Below are positions 18,458-29,645 of a stretch of DNA of 64,000 nucleotides, in pieces. The stretch is from Bacillota bacterium (lineage in GTDB: Bacteria > Bacillota > Dethiobacteria > Dethiobacterales > Dethiobacteraceae), in assembly GCA_012800795.1 (NCBI GenBank), contig JAAZIQ010000048.1, forward strand, positions 1,279-65,278. The letters run 5' to 3'. Position numbers and translations under genes: made by a program. Positions within the stretch are counted from its first letter, which is position 1. The number at the start of each line of letters is the position of its first letter. Under the pieces are notes generated by a model that did not search any database, had not been told where the DNA came from, and saw only the letters and a program-made list of their open reading frames with translations.

Positions 18458-20228
18458 AATACACATTCTAGATGAGGTTACAGCCAACAAAATTGCTGCC
18501 GGCGAAGTGATTGAGCGCCCCGCTGCCGTTGTTAAAGAATTGGTTGAAAATGCACTGGATGCCGGAGCAAAACATATTAATATTACGCTTAAAGAAGGCG
18601 GTTTAGAATTGATACGCGTAGTAGACGATGGCTGCGGCATGGCCGCAGAAGACGTGCCGCTTTCCCTGCAACGTCATGCCACCAGTAAGATTAAATCGGC
18701 GGATGATCTTTCTACAATCCATACTTTAGGTTTTCGCGGAGAAGCCCTACCCAGTATTGCCTCCGTCAGCCATTTCCGGCTTGTAACAAGACGCAGTGAA
18801 GATCCGGTCGGCACAGAAATAATTGTTCACGGGGGCAAAACCATTCGTCTTGAAGAAGCCGGCTCTCCACAAGGAACAGACGTTAAAGTGGAAAAATTAT
18901 TTTATAATACTCCGGCACGTCTTAAATTTATGAAAAGTGCAGCTGCAGAAACCGCACGAGTAACTGACATTGTGCAGCGCATTGCCGTAGCTTGGCCGCA
19001 AGTTGCTTTTACCCTAACAGTTAACGATAAAATAAAACTGGCAACACCGGGTACAGGCAAAATGGAAGATACCATAGCACAGGTTTTAGGACAGCAAAAT
19101 TTACGCCAACTAATTCCATTGCATTGGGAGGGCTCACTGCTGACATTGCGCGGTTTTGTAGCCAAACCGGCTCTAAGCCGTTCTAATCGTAACTTACAAT
19201 ATTTCTACGTTAATGGCAGGTCTGTGCGTTCACCGCTACTCGCAGATGCGCTGCAAACTGCTTACCATACACTTTTACCCCGCCATCGCTTTCCTGTAGC
19301 CATAATTATGCTGCAGATAAACCCGGAGCTTGTGGACGTAAATGTTCACCCGACAAAGCGAGAAGTTCGTTTTTCTCAGGAAAGGAGCATCTACCGACAA
19401 TTATTGGCAGGAGTCAAATCTACCTTACAGGGAGCATCGCTTGTGGGAGAGATGGCTTTGCCAACCCACCAACAGACAGCAAAAGAAACAGCGGCAGGCC
19501 TTTTTCGCCAAGGCTTATTTTTCAATAAAGAAAATACTTATCAAACACGACTGGACATTACTCCCCCAAAAGAAAATCCGACAGAAATGTTTATGACTGA
19601 AACTGATCGGATGCCGTCAGAAATAATTGATCCACCGGCAAGTTTTGTTTCAAGAAACTTCCCACAATTAACACCGGTGGGGCAATATCTTGCCACTTAC
19701 ATACTTGCCCAGTCGGAAGTAGGAGACCTTTATCTTATTGACCAGCACGCTGCCCATGAACGAATTTTATATGATATGATTAAAAAAGATTTATCAACGG
19801 GAAAATTACCGGTTCAGGAAATATTGCCGCAAACTTATACATTGGATGTAGTAACTACAGCGGTATTACAAAAAAACCTCAAGTCTCTGGCTCAATTAGG
19901 ATTAAATTTTGAAACATTTGGTAATAATACCTTTATACTCCGTTCAATGCCTTTATACATTAAAGATCAGATCAAACAACAGGAATTAGTGGAACTACTG
20001 ACACAACCGAATTTGGAACAAGAAAACGTATCTTTGTTTGAAAAGACAATGCAGATGATGGCATGTAAAGGGGCCATTAAAGCCAATCAGTCACTGGAGA
20101 AAAAAGAGATGGCGGCTTTGCTGACAAACCTAGCCGCTACGGCGGATCCTTATACCTGCCCTCACGGTCGCCCTACTGTCATGGTTATTACGGCCGAGAC
20201 AGTGGCAAGGAACTTCCGGAGGGGATAA
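18450..20228 (+). CDS. mutL: DNA mismatch repair protein MutL
   Basis: IHILDEVTANKIAAGEV N-terminus (GHKL ATPase). ATG 18450 overlaps the mutS stop. Confidence 0.96.
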   Translation: MNKIHILDEVTANKIAAGEVIERPAAVVKELVENALDAGAKHINITLKEGGLELIRVVDDGCGMAAEDVPLSLQRHATSKIKSADDLSTIHTLGFRGEALPSIASVSHFRLVTRRSEDPVGTEIIVHGGKTIRLEEAGSPQGTDVKVEKLFYNTPARLKFMKSAAAETARVTDIVQRIAVAWPQVAFTLTVNDKIKLATPGTGKMEDTIAQVLGQQNLRQLIPLHWEGSLLTLRGFVAKPALSRSNRNLQYFYVNGRSVRSPLLADALQTAYHTLLPRHRFPVAIIMLQINPELVDVNVHPTKREVRFSQERSIYRQLLAGVKSTLQGASLVGEMALPTHQQTAKETAAGLFRQGLFFNKENTYQTRLDITPPKENPTEMFMTETDRMPSEIIDPPASFVSRNFPQLTPVGQYLATYILAQSEVGDLYLIDQHAAHERILYDMIKKDLSTGKLPVQEILPQTYTLDVVTTAVLQKNLKSLAQLGLNFETFGNNTFILRSMPLYIKDQIKQQELVELLTQPNLEQENVSLFEKTMQMMACKGAIKANQSLEKKEMAALLTNLAATADPYTCPHGRPTVMVITAETVARNFRRG

Positions 20229-20231
20229 AAT

Positions 20232-21167
20232 ATGAAGAAATTAATTGTTATTGCCGGCCCTACAGCCGTCGGTAAATCTGCTGTAGCATTGGCACTTGCT
20301 CAAAAAATTGATGCGGAAATAATTTCTGCCGACTCAGTTCAGGTCTATAAAGGCCTTGATATTGGCTCTGCAAAACCGACAGCAGCAGAACGCCGCCAGA
20401 TTCCACATCATTTGCTTGATATTAAAGATCCCGGTGAAAATTACACCGTGGCAGACTTCCAAAAAGATGCAATGGCTGCCATAGATAATATAACGACCCG
20501 TGGTAAAATACCGATATTGGTGGGAGGAACAGGCCTTTATATTAGGGCAGTTGTGTGGGGTTTTGCCTTTAGTGAAAGCGGAGTAAATCATGCTCTGAGG
20601 CAAAAATTACGCGCCATAGCCAAAAGGGAAGGGAGCCAAGCACTATACCAAAGACTCCTTGCCGTTGACCCTCAGGCAGCAAAAAAAATACATCCCAATG
20701 ATTTGCGCCGGATTATACGCGCTCTGGAAGTATATAAGCAGAGTAAAAAGCCCATTTCAGAACAAGTACTTCAAACACCGCAACGTCCTGTCTATCAAGC
20801 GAAACAATTCATCCTCACCATGGAACGTGAATTATTATACAAACGAATTGAAAAACGCGTAGATAAAATGATAGCTGATGGCTTTGTCCTGGAAGTACAG
20901 CGTCTTTTAGCCAAAGGAGTTCCGCCAAATGCTAAGGCTATGCAAAGTTTAGGCTACAAACAAATAGTTTCTTATTTACTTGGTCAGCTGCCGCTGGCAG
21001 AAGCAATAGAACAAATAAAACGTGAAACCCGCCGTTTTGCCAAAAGACAATTAACTTGGTTCCGCCGTGAAAAGGAAGCCACTTGGATAAGGATGGATAA
21101 TATAAATCCCAATGAGGCCGCAGAAAATATTTTTCTGCGCCTTAGGCAGGATATTTCCAATAAATAG
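20232..21167 (+). CDS. miaA: tRNA dimethylallyltransferase
   Basis: P-loop GPTAVGKS and a full-length MiaA-like sequence. Confidence 0.95.
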   Translation: MKKLIVIAGPTAVGKSAVALALAQKIDAEIISADSVQVYKGLDIGSAKPTAAERRQIPHHLLDIKDPGENYTVADFQKDAMAAIDNITTRGKIPILVGGTGLYIRAVVWGFAFSESGVNHALRQKLRAIAKREGSQALYQRLLAVDPQAAKKIHPNDLRRIIRALEVYKQSKKPISEQVLQTPQRPVYQAKQFILTMERELLYKRIEKRVDKMIADGFVLEVQRLLAKGVPPNAKAMQSLGYKQIVSYLLGQLPLAEAIEQIKRETRRFAKRQLTWFRREKEATWIRMDNINPNEAAENIFLRLRQDISNK

Positions 21168-21185
21168 AGAATAAGGTATGATAGC

Positions 21186-21201
21186 ATATATATATATATA
21201 T
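21186..21201. repeat. (AT)8 dinucleotide repeat
   Basis: ATATATATATATATAT read directly, 15 nt upstream of the hfq start. Confidence 0.9.
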
Positions 21202-21215
21202 TGGAGGGGATTGGC

Positions 21216-21449
21216 ATGAACAAAGCTCCTGTCAATTTACAGGATAATTTTTTAAATATTGCACGGAAAGAAGATGCAATGCTCACAGTTTTTCTCATAA
21301 ACGGTTATCAGATTAAAGGTACAGTACGTAGTTTTGATAATTTTACCATCCTGCTAAATGCAGATAATAAACAGCAATTGATATATAAGCATGCCATATC
21401 CACCATTATTCCTTATCGAAATTTAAATTTAAATCAGCCGGAAGAATAA
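21216..21449 (+). CDS. hfq: RNA chaperone Hfq
   Basis: Sm motifs (NLQDNFLN, VFLINGYQIKG, YKHAISTI). ATG 21216 follows GGAGGGGA. Confidence 0.95.
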   Translation: MNKAPVNLQDNFLNIARKEDAMLTVFLINGYQIKGTVRSFDNFTILLNADNKQQLIYKHAISTIIPYRNLNLNQPEE

Positions 21450-21504
21450 TTCAACACCAATGCTCATATTCTTATTTGTATAAAAAATAATGCTAGTAGT
21501 AAAA

Positions 21505-21529
21505 GAAGCTGTTTTAACAGCTTTTTTTA
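21505..21529 (+). terminator. Rho-independent terminator after hfq
   Basis: AAGCTGTT/AACAGCTT stem plus T7. Confidence 0.7.
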
Positions 21530-21577
21530 TTGCAATTTAAAGGCCCCTGCATATAATGTTTCTATGGAGGGAAATGT

Positions 21578-22573
21578 ATGAAGCAAACCACCCGGTTTAG
21601 TTTAACCTACTCGCTGGAAAATAAAAAACTAAAACAAAGCCGGGAAGTTCGCAAAGAAACTGTGACGAAAACAATACAAGCAATGGAGCCAAACAAGGAA
21701 ACATTATATGCCACGGAATCAGGCAAAAATATACAGCAGCTGGTTAGTGAGCTCGATCAGCTGGTGGGATTAAATAAGGTTAAGGAGTTAGTAAAAGAAA
21801 TACATGCCTATGTTGAAATTTGCCGCAGGAGAGAACAGTTTCGCTTAAAAACTGAAAGCTTGGTCTTACATATGATTTTTAAAGGAAATCCCGGCACAGG
21901 TAAAACCACTGTGGCCCGTATCCTAGGAAAAATGTTGGCAGAACTAAAAGTCCTACCCAAAGGACATCTAATAGAAGTGGAAAGAGCAGACATAGTAGGC
22001 GAATATATTGGCCATACTGCACAAAAATGCCGTGAGCAAATCAAAAAGGCCATGGGAGGTATTCTTTTTATTGATGAAGCATATTCCTTGGCCCGGGGCG
22101 GGGAAAAGGATTTTGGCAAAGAAGCCATTGACACTCTTGTTAAAGCCATGGAAGATCACAAAAATAACCTGATTGTGATCCTGGCCGGCTATGAACGGGA
22201 AATGGAAAAATTTTTACGGACCAATCCCGGTTTACGATCCCGTTTTCCTATTCATTTGCAGTTTCCCGATTATAGCTGTGAAGAGCTGCTGGAGATAGCA
22301 CACAAAATGGTGGCAGAAAGACAATATCAGTTATCGATTGGTGCCAAAGAGTTTTTAAGTGAATATCTGCGAGAGCAGTTGAAAACAAGCAAAACAAATT
22401 TCAGCAATGCCCGCTTGGTACGCAACCTGATTGAAAAAGCCATCCGCCGGCAGGCTTTAAGATTAGTTAACCGCCATCTTTACAGCCGTGAAGAATTAAT
22501 GCTGCTGACACGAGAAGATTTCTCTCCCCTTGATCAGGAAGATTCAGAATTAAAATTGTGGCAGCATAATTAA
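21578..22573 (+). CDS. spoVK: Stage V sporulation protein K-type AAA+ ATPase
   Basis: GNPGTGKTTVARILG Walker A and CbxX/SpoVK-like architecture. Confidence 0.85.
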   Translation: MKQTTRFSLTYSLENKKLKQSREVRKETVTKTIQAMEPNKETLYATESGKNIQQLVSELDQLVGLNKVKELVKEIHAYVEICRRREQFRLKTESLVLHMIFKGNPGTGKTTVARILGKMLAELKVLPKGHLIEVERADIVGEYIGHTAQKCREQIKKAMGGILFIDEAYSLARGGEKDFGKEAIDTLVKAMEDHKNNLIVILAGYEREMEKFLRTNPGLRSRFPIHLQFPDYSCEELLEIAHKMVAERQYQLSIGAKEFLSEYLREQLKTSKTNFSNARLVRNLIEKAIRRQALRLVNRHLYSREELMLLTREDFSPLDQEDSELKLWQHN

Positions 22574-22597
22574 TAAATAAAACATAAATTGCTGTCC

Positions 22598-22645
22598 AAA
22601 TTCCTTTCTGCTAAAATAAAAAAGCGGAAAGGAAATTTTTTTATT
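22598..22645 (+). terminator. Terminator after spoVK
   Basis: AAATTCCTTTC/GAAAGGAAATTT stem (one bulge) plus T-run. Confidence 0.7.
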
Positions 22646-22666
22646 AATAGGAAAGGTTGAAAAAGG

Positions 22667-23905
22667 ATGTATGAAACTTTACAACAGCAGCTCCATTTAA
22701 TTGACATGCTGGAAGAAAAACTCAAACCACAATTTAAAGCAATAGAGAAAACAGCACTTATCAATCAGGCGCGTGTTTTAGAAGCTTTTCGCAAACTTCA
22801 AATTGATGAAATGTGTTTTACCGAGTCAACAGGTTATGGCTACAATGATTTAGGGCGAGAAAAATTAGACAGTCTTTATGCTTTGGTTTTTGGCGGAGAG
22901 GCAGGACTGGTCAGACCCCACTTTGTCTCGGGAACCCATGCAATTGCCGCTTCTCTTTATGGTATTCTTAAACCTGGAAACAGATTGGTATCACTCACCG
23001 GCAGGCCTTATGATACTTTACAGAAAGCACTGGGCTTAAATTCCCATTGCTTTGGCTGTTTAGCAGATTTTAATATATCTTATACCGAAGCAGATTTTAC
23101 AGATGGTGTCAACGATGAAGAATTGGATAAAATTTTGGCAGAGCCGGCAGATGTGATATTAATACAGCGATCGCGCGGTTATGCCAGCCGACGCTCACTA
23201 AGAACAGAGTATATTGCCGAAATTGTCAGAGCTGTTAAAACCCGGCAGCCGGCAGCCATAATTTTTGTTGATAATTGTTATGGCGAGTTTGTGGAAACAA
23301 TTGAACCTTGCCATGTTGGTGTCGACCTTTGTGCTGGTTCATTAATTAAAAATCCTGGAGCAGGAATAGCTCCAAGCGGTGGATATGTGGTTGGAAGAGC
23401 TGACTTGGTGGAAAAGGTTTCCTGGCGCTTAACGGCGCCGGGATTAGGCAGTGATTTAGGTGCTATGGGGAACGTAAAACGTCTTTATTATCAAGGTCTT
23501 TTTTTAGCACCGCATCAAGTTAGCCAAGCCTTAAAAGGCATGGTGCTGGCAGCAGCGCTTTTTGAACATTTAGGATTCCAAGTGAGTCCAAAAGCCAATG
23601 AGGCGCGGGGAGATATTGTACAGGCTATCCGTATGGGAGAAAGGGAGTTATTGGAGCAATTTTGCCTGGCTGTACAAGCCGTTTCGCCGATAGAAAGTTA
23701 TGTAGCACCGCAGCCGGCTCCAATGATAGGCTATCAAGATGAAATTATTATGGCTGCCGGAACCTTTGTCCAGGGTGCCAGTAGTGAATTTACCGCCGAT
23801 GCCCCATTGCGTCCCCCCTTTGAAGTATATCTGCAGGGCGGCCTTACTTATGAACATCAAAAATTGGCGCTGGCAGAAATACTGAAGCGCTTAAAGCTGA
23901 CTTGA
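22667..23905 (+). CDS. YnbB / aluminium-resistance family PLP enzyme (Met gamma-lyase-like)
   Basis: Sequence resembles the B. subtilis YnbB family and sits immediately upstream of glnA, as in Bacillus. Confidence 0.8.
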   Translation: MYETLQQQLHLIDMLEEKLKPQFKAIEKTALINQARVLEAFRKLQIDEMCFTESTGYGYNDLGREKLDSLYALVFGGEAGLVRPHFVSGTHAIAASLYGILKPGNRLVSLTGRPYDTLQKALGLNSHCFGCLADFNISYTEADFTDGVNDEELDKILAEPADVILIQRSRGYASRRSLRTEYIAEIVRAVKTRQPAAIIFVDNCYGEFVETIEPCHVGVDLCAGSLIKNPGAGIAPSGGYVVGRADLVEKVSWRLTAPGLGSDLGAMGNVKRLYYQGLFLAPHQVSQALKGMVLAAALFEHLGFQVSPKANEARGDIVQAIRMGERELLEQFCLAVQAVSPIESYVAPQPAPMIGYQDEIIMAAGTFVQGASSEFTADAPLRPPFEVYLQGGLTYEHQKLALAEILKRLKLT

Positions 23906-23931
23906 CACAATTTGCGTTATCCTTTTATAAT
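23902..23931 (+). promoter_or_regulatory. Sigma-A-like promoter for glnA (TTGACA-18 nt-TATAAT)
   Basis: Consensus hexamers overlap the ynbB stop codon. Confidence 0.5.
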
Positions 23932-23964
23932 CAGATTAAAATATTTTGCCAAAAAGGAAATAAA

Positions 23965-25296
23965 ATGGTCAAATCTAAAGAAGAAATTTTCGAATTGGTA
24001 AAGGAACTAAATATAAAATTTATTCGCCTCCAATTTGTTGATGTTTTAGGCATTTCAAAAAATGTTACTATACCGGTACAGCAGTTGGGAAAAGCTTTGG
24101 CCGGTGAATTAATGTTTGACGGTTCTTCAATTGAAGGCTTTGTTCGTATTGAAGAATCAGACATGTATTTAAGGCCGGATATAAGTACTTTTACAGTTTT
24201 CCCCTGGCAAACACAAAAAGGAGTAGCGGAAGCACGGCTAATTTGCGATATTTACAATCCTGACGGCACGCCATTTGCCGGCTGTCCTCGTAATACTTTG
24301 CGGCGTGTAATTGACAAGGCTGCAGCTCTCGGTTATACCATGTATGCAGGCCCTGAAGCGGAATTTTTTCTCTTTCAGAAGGATGCACACGGCCGTGCTA
24401 CTACCATCACTAATGACCGCGGCAGTTATTTTGATTTCTTGCCCGTTGATATGGGAGAAGCGGCTCGGCGGGATATGGTGCTGGCATTACAGGAAATGGG
24501 CTTTGAAATAGAGGCTTCGCATCATGAAATCGCACCAGGGCAACATGAAATTGCCTTTAAATATGCAGATGCTTTGACAACGGCAGATAATATTGCCACC
24601 TTTAAACTGGTGGTAAGGACCATAGCTTTGCAACATGATTTGCATGCCACTTTTATGCCTAAACCAATTTACGGTGTTGCCGGTTCCGGAATGCATACAC
24701 ATCAATCTCTTTTCAAAAATGGGCAAAACGCTTTTTATGATCCTGAATCCCGCTCACAATTGTCAGACACGGCACGCTATTATATCGGTGGCATATTAAA
24801 GCATGTCAAAGGTTTCTGTGCCATAACAAATCCCTTGGTTAATTCTTATAAGCGACTGGTTCCCGGATACGAAGCTCCCGTTTACATCGCCTGGAGCGAA
24901 CGTAATCGCAGCCCCCTTATTCGTATTCCGGCCAGACGCGGTGAAAGTACTCGTATTGAAATTCGCAATCCTGATCCCTCCTGTAATCCATATTTGGCGC
25001 TAGCAGTAACTTTGGCAGCGGGACTAGACGGAATTATAAATAAAATTGAACCACCAGATCCTGTAGATTTAAATATTTATGATTTGACACCACAAGAACG
25101 TAAAGAAATGGGTATTGAATCTTTACCCTTGGATTTGGGCGCAGCTCTATACGAGCTGTCCCAGAATGAAGTAATTAAAGAAACTTTGGGAGAACATATT
25201 TATAATCGTTTTATGGAAGCAAAATCAATAGAATGGAACCGCTATCGCAAACAGGTACATAAATGGGAATTGGACAACTATTTAACAATTTACTAG
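23965..25296 (+). CDS. glnA: Glutamine synthetase type I
   Basis: Full GS-I sequence ([20 protein letters not shown]). Start set at ATG 23965. Confidence 0.97.
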   Translation: MVKSKEEIFELVKELNIKFIRLQFVDVLGISKNVTIPVQQLGKALAGELMFDGSSIEGFVRIEESDMYLRPDISTFTVFPWQTQKGVAEARLICDIYNPDGTPFAGCPRNTLRRVIDKAAALGYTMYAGPEAEFFLFQKDAHGRATTITNDRGSYFDFLPVDMGEAARRDMVLALQEMGFEIEASHHEIAPGQHEIAFKYADALTTADNIATFKLVVRTIALQHDLHATFMPKPIYGVAGSGMHTHQSLFKNGQNAFYDPESRSQLSDTARYYIGGILKHVKGFCAITNPLVNSYKRLVPGYEAPVYIAWSERNRSPLIRIPARRGESTRIEIRNPDPSCNPYLALAVTLAAGLDGIINKIEPPDPVDLNIYDLTPQERKEMGIESLPLDLGAALYELSQNEVIKETLGEHIYNRFMEAKSIEWNRYRKQVHKWELDNYLTIY

Positions 25297-25305
25297 TTGT
25301 ATTTG

Positions 25306-25333
25306 GCCTGCATGGAAAACATGCAGGCTTTCA
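25306..25333 (+). terminator. Terminator after glnA
   Basis: GCCTGCATG/CATGCAGGC stem followed by TTTCAT. Confidence 0.7.
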
Positions 25334-25415
25334 TAATAAAAATCAAATAGCAAGCTAAAATTTAGTGAAAACTAATTGACAGAAGCACATATAAGTGTTA
25401 TTTTTGTTTATATCC

Positions 25416-25435
25416 TACCCCCCTGGGTGGGGGTA
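25416..25435. promoter_or_regulatory. CsoR-type operator-like GC palindrome
   Basis: TACCCCCCTGGGTGGGGGTA lies between a TTGACA promoter (25376) and the copA start. Confidence 0.55.
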
Positions 25436-25450
25436 TAGCGAGGTGTTTAA

Positions 25451-27883
25451 ATGTCTAAGCCACAAAGCTTGCAAAAAGAAACTCTAAAAGTAGGCGGAAT
25501 GAGCTGCGCTGCCTGTGCTAACAGCATTGAAAAGGCGCTGCAAAAAAAAGAAGGCATCAGCGAAGCTGCTGTCAATTTTGCTGCCGAAAAGCTTACCGTA
25601 ACTTACAACCCACAAAAAATTAGCAAGGAAGAGATAAGCCGTATTATTACTGAATTAGGTTATGAAGTGATTGAAGAGACAAAAGAAGCTGAAAATAAAA
25701 TAAGCTTACCGGTGACCGGTATGACTTGTGCTGCCTGTGCTGCAGCCATAGAGCGGGGGCTTGGCAAAATAGATGGAGTTAAGACAGCCGTTGTTAACTT
25801 TGCTGCGGAGAAGGTTACTGTAAGTTATGACAGTACAATAGTAAGCAGCAATGATATTATCAGTGTAATAGAGGAAATAGGCTACGGCGTGCGCAGCGAA
25901 GAAGTAATTGAGCAGCATAATACCGATGAACATGAAAGACGCCAACAAGCAGAAATGAGGGCCCGTAAGCGCACTTTATTTTTTGTTTTAGCTGTCACAT
26001 TAGTCACAGAAACCATGATGTTTTTGGAATATCGCTATCAAATCCAGGTCCCGCACCACAATTGGATTATGTTATTTGTTGCAACGCCCATTGTTTTTTG
26101 GGCGGGACTGCCGACGCACCGTGGTGCTTGGCGCTCTCTCCGCCACGGTAGTGCCAATATGGATGTATTAATTTCTTTAGGTTCACTTTCAGCCTACGGT
26201 TGGGGAATTGCTGCCTTTTTTCTCCCTAATGCCATCTCCTTTATGGGCATCTCCAGCATGATTATGGCATTTCATCTCTTAGGACGCTATCTGGAGGCCA
26301 TTGCCAAAAGTAAAACCTCCGGTGCAATTCGTAAACTACTGGAATTAGGAGCAAAAACTGCCCGTGTAATTATTGACGGTAAAGAGCAGGAAATTCCGGT
26401 AGAAAGAGTTAGGGTGGGCGATATACTGGTAGTGCGACCGGGGGAAAAAATTCCCGTTGACGGGGAAATTGTTAAAGGCACTACCACCATTGACGAATCA
26501 ATGGTCACCGGCGAAAGCTTGCCGGTAGAAAAATTCCCAGGCGATCCAGTGGTGGGAGCTACCATCAATAAAAACGGAACTATACAGTTTAAAGCAACAA
26601 AAGTCGGCAAAGATACCTTCCTGGCGCAAATAATCAAAATGGTAGAAGAAGCACAGGGATCTAAGGCTCCTATTCAAGAATTAGCCGATAAAGTAACGGG
26701 TTATTTTGTTCCGGTGGTTGTCATGATTGCTTTAATTACCTTTGCCGGCTGGCTCCTGTGGGGAGGTACAGGCTCGCTTGGTCGGGCAGTATTTGCCGCC
26801 ATTGCTGTATTGGTTATTGCCTGTCCCTGTGCTTTAGGTTTGGCAACGCCCACAGCCATTATGGTGGGCACCGGATTAGGCGCTGAAAATGGTATCTTAA
26901 TTAAAGATGCAGAAAGTTTGCAAACCCTGCTCGATGTTAACACCGTTATCTTTGATAAAACCGGTACCATCACAAAAGGAGAACCCTCCGTAACGGATTT
27001 GGTGATGATCAATGGCTTTGAAGAAGAGGAACTTTTAACATTGGCAGCCAGCGGCGAAACCGGCTCGGAACATCCATTGGGTCAAGCCATAGTGAATGAA
27101 GCAGAAAAAAGGGGGCTGGCATTAAAAGAAGCTTTCTCATTTACGGCAATCCCCGGTAAAGGAATTACTGCCACCGTTGACCAACAAGAAATCGTCATGG
27201 GTAATAGAAAGCTAATGGAAGAAAAAAACATTTCCTTAACTTCAGTTGAAGAAAAGTTAAAACAATTGGAGGAAGAAGGAAAAACAGCAATGCTAATGGC
27301 GGTAAATAACAATTTGGCCGGCATCATTGCCGTTGCAGACACGGTAAAAGAAGAAAGCCGCCAAGCAATTGAACAGCTGCATAAGGGTGGTTTATCCACT
27401 GTAATGCTGACCGGTGATAATGTGCGCACCGCCAAAGCAATTGCTGAAAAAGTTGGCATTACACGTGTTCTGGCACAGGTTTTACCAGATGAAAAAGAGG
27501 CAGAGGTAAGACGTCTGCAAGATGAAGGCCTTGTGGTTGCAATGGTAGGCGACGGGATTAATGATGCCCCGGCGCTGGCTCAAGCCAATGTGGGCATAGC
27601 TATAGGAACAGGAACGGATATCGCCATTGAAACTTCCGATATTACATTGATCCGTGGTGACTTGACATCTGTGGTGAAAGCCATAAATTTAGCAAAAGCC
27701 ACCTTTAAGATAATTAAACAAAATCTCTTTTGGGCCTTCGGTTATAATATTTTAGCCATACCCATTGCTAGCTCAGGGCGCCTAAACCCCGCCATTGCAG
27801 CTTTAGCCATGGCCATGTCATCAATATCTGTCCTACTAAATTCACTTCGTCTGCGGCGTGCAAAAATAAAAACGGAGTTGTAA
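25451..27883 (+). CDS. copA: Copper-translocating P1B-type ATPase
   Basis: Two HMA domains (GMSCAAC, GMTCAAC), CPC, DKTGT and GDGINDAP motifs. Confidence 0.96.
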   Translation: MSKPQSLQKETLKVGGMSCAACANSIEKALQKKEGISEAAVNFAAEKLTVTYNPQKISKEEISRIITELGYEVIEETKEAENKISLPVTGMTCAACAAAIERGLGKIDGVKTAVVNFAAEKVTVSYDSTIVSSNDIISVIEEIGYGVRSEEVIEQHNTDEHERRQQAEMRARKRTLFFVLAVTLVTETMMFLEYRYQIQVPHHNWIMLFVATPIVFWAGLPTHRGAWRSLRHGSANMDVLISLGSLSAYGWGIAAFFLPNAISFMGISSMIMAFHLLGRYLEAIAKSKTSGAIRKLLELGAKTARVIIDGKEQEIPVERVRVGDILVVRPGEKIPVDGEIVKGTTTIDESMVTGESLPVEKFPGDPVVGATINKNGTIQFKATKVGKDTFLAQIIKMVEEAQGSKAPIQELADKVTGYFVPVVVMIALITFAGWLLWGGTGSLGRAVFAAIAVLVIACPCALGLATPTAIMVGTGLGAENGILIKDAESLQTLLDVNTVIFDKTGTITKGEPSVTDLVMINGFEEEELLTLAASGETGSEHPLGQAIVNEAEKRGLALKEAFSFTAIPGKGITATVDQQEIVMGNRKLMEEKNISLTSVEEKLKQLEEEGKTAMLMAVNNNLAGIIAVADTVKEESRQAIEQLHKGGLSTVMLTGDNVRTAKAIAEKVGITRVLAQVLPDEKEAEVRRLQDEGLVVAMVGDGINDAPALAQANVGIAIGTGTDIAIETSDITLIRGDLTSVVKAINLAKATFKIIKQNLFWAFGYNILAIPIASSGRLNPAIAALAMAMSSISVLLNSLRLRRAKIKTEL

Positions 27884-27884
27884 A

Positions 27885-28511
27885 ATGTCTCGAGCAGAAA
27901 AAGCTAAAGCCATTCTAGAAATACTTCAGCAAAAGATACCGGCTCCTGCCACGGAACTTAAATTTAGCACTCCCTGGCAGCTACTGGTTGCTACAATACT
28001 TTCGGCACAATCAACAGATAAACAAGTAAATAAAGTGACAGAAAAACTTTTTGCTGCATATCCAGGACCACATGAAATACTAACATTAACTGAAGAAGAG
28101 CTGGCAGCTAAAATAAAAACACTGGGACTTTACCGTTCTAAAAGTAAATATATCCTGGCTACAGCACAAGAAATTGTTACAAAACATAACGGTAAAGTAC
28201 CGCAATCATTTTCTGAGTTGGTAAAACTGCCGGGAGTTGGCAGAAAAACAGCCAATGTCGTCTTGGCCAATGCCTTTGACATTCCTGCTCTGGCTGTTGA
28301 TACCCATGTTTTTCGTGTGGCCAGGCGTACAGGTTTAGCCAGTGGTAAATCAGTATTGGAAACAGAGAAAGAGCTTCATGAAATAATTCCTCGCCAGTTG
28401 TGGAAAGACGCACACCACTTACTTATTTTACACGGACGATATACCTGCAAAGCGCGCAACCCCCAATGTTTGCAGTGCCCCATTAGTTCCTTTTGTGATA
28501 AAGTAATGTAG
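27885..28511 (+). CDS. nth: Endonuclease III
   Basis: HhH-GPD motif LPGVGRKTANVV and a C-terminal 4Fe-4S Cys cluster. Confidence 0.95.
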   Translation: MSRAEKAKAILEILQQKIPAPATELKFSTPWQLLVATILSAQSTDKQVNKVTEKLFAAYPGPHEILTLTEEELAAKIKTLGLYRSKSKYILATAQEIVTKHNGKVPQSFSELVKLPGVGRKTANVVLANAFDIPALAVDTHVFRVARRTGLASGKSVLETEKELHEIIPRQLWKDAHHLLILHGRYTCKARNPQCLQCPISSFCDKVM

Positions 28512-28541
28512 ATTTAAAAAATCAAATAAAAAGGTTTTATT

Positions 28542-28580
28542 AAAAAAGTGCCTTCATCCTACTGATGAAAGCACTTTTTT
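28542..28580. terminator. Bidirectional terminator between nth and lexA
   Basis: AGTGCCTTCATC/GATGAAAGCACT stem flanked by A- and T-runs. Confidence 0.8.
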
Positions 28581-29190
28581 AATACAGATGCCGAAAGACT
28601 CCTATTACCTTGCCGATTATTTTTACTTCTCGAGAATAAATAGGCTCATAAAACTCATTTTCCGGCTGAAGACGAATATGTTCTTTTTCCTTATAAAAAC
28701 GCTTAACGGTTGCTTCGTCCTCCAAAAGGGCCACCACTATGTCACCATTTATTGCTGTATCCTGCCGCCTGACAATTACATAATCGCCATTTAGAATGCC
28801 GGCATTTAGCATACTATCCCCGCGTACACGTAATAAAAAAACTTCATCCTGGTGAACCATAACTTGGGGCAAAGGGAAATAATCTTCAATATTTTGTTCT
28901 GCATATATTGGTTCCCCTGCTGTTACCTGCCCCAAAACAGGAACTTGAACTACATTAGGGACAAAAGCAGGCGATGGTTCGTCCAATAATTCAATGGCTC
29001 TGGGTTTTGCCGGATCTCGGCGGATAAAGCCTTTTTCTTCAAGTTTGGCCAGATGTGCATGTACAGTAGAACTTGAAGAAAGGCCCACTGCTTCGCCAAT
29101 CTCGCGTACAGAAGGGGGATAGTTTTTTTCTCTAACTTCCTGCCTAATAAACTCCAAAATTTGCAACTGCCTAGGGGTTAAATTAGCCAT
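28579..29190 (-). CDS. lexA: SOS repressor LexA
   Basis: Winged-helix N-terminus, AGEP cleavage region, S24 peptidase domain (GDSM...K). Confidence 0.97.
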   Translation of the reverse strand: MANLTPRQLQILEFIRQEVREKNYPPSVREIGEAVGLSSSSTVHAHLAKLEEKGFIRRDPAKPRAIELLDEPSPAFVPNVVQVPVLGQVTAGEPIYAEQNIEDYFPLPQVMVHQDEVFLLRVRGDSMLNAGILNGDYVIVRRQDTAINGDIVVALLEDEATVKRFYKEKEHIRLQPENEFYEPIYSREVKIIGKVIGVFRHLY

Positions 29191-29238
29191 ATTTTAGCAC
29201 CTCTCTTTTCAAGATTATAACACAAAAACAGCTAAATG

Positions 29239-29252
29239 CAAACATTCGTTCG
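29239..29252. promoter_or_regulatory. LexA box 1 (lexA / yneA-like divergent region)
   Basis: CAAACATTCGTTCG. Confidence 0.75.
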
Positions 29253-29277
29253 GATTTTTTTGCCAAAACTATTGACA

Positions 29278-29291
29278 CGCACATATGTTCG
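29278..29291. promoter_or_regulatory. LexA box 2
   Basis: CGCACATATGTTCG, located between a TTGACA (29272) and a TTAAATTAT -10-like element. Confidence 0.75.
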
Positions 29292-29305
29292 TGTTAAATT
29301 ATAGC

Positions 29306-29319
29306 CAAACAAATGTTTG
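29306..29319. promoter_or_regulatory. LexA box 3
   Basis: CAAACAAATGTTTG, a perfect palindrome. Confidence 0.7.
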
Positions 29320-29330
29320 GGGGCTGTATT

Positions 29331-29645
29331 ATGAAAACATTGGCTGCTTATAGTTATAAAAGAAAGCGCAGACAAAAAAAGGTAATTAAATTAATCAAGA
29401 TAATTCTCTTTTGTACTCTATGGCTGGGAGTAACGGGAAGTATTTTCTTTAATAATAATATTGCTCGCGGGGAAGATCATTTTCCACAAACCATCATTGT
29501 AGAGGAGGGAGATACACTTTGGACACTGGCTGAACGTTATCTACCTGACAAAATTGATATCCGTACTTATATCCAGCAGATTAAAAAGCATAATCAATTG
29601 GAAGGATCATTAGTTTATCCCGGACAATTACTGGAACTGCCATAA
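29331..29645 (+). CDS. YneA-like SOS cell-division inhibitor (TM helix plus LysM)
   Basis: About 104 aa: basic N-terminus, one TM helix, LysM domain. Divergent from lexA with three LexA boxes, the same layout as B. subtilis yneA. Confidence 0.7.
   Translation: MKTLAAYSYKRKRRQKKVIKLIKIILFCTLWLGVTGSIFFNNNIARGEDHFPQTIIVEEGDTLWTLAERYLPDKIDIRTYIQQIKKHNQLEGSLVYPGQLLELP

Noticed and set aside
23850-23964. Looked for a GlnR/TnrA box (TGTNA-N7-TNACA) upstream of glnA
   Set aside because: No match was found by eye; only a sigma-A-like promoter is evident.
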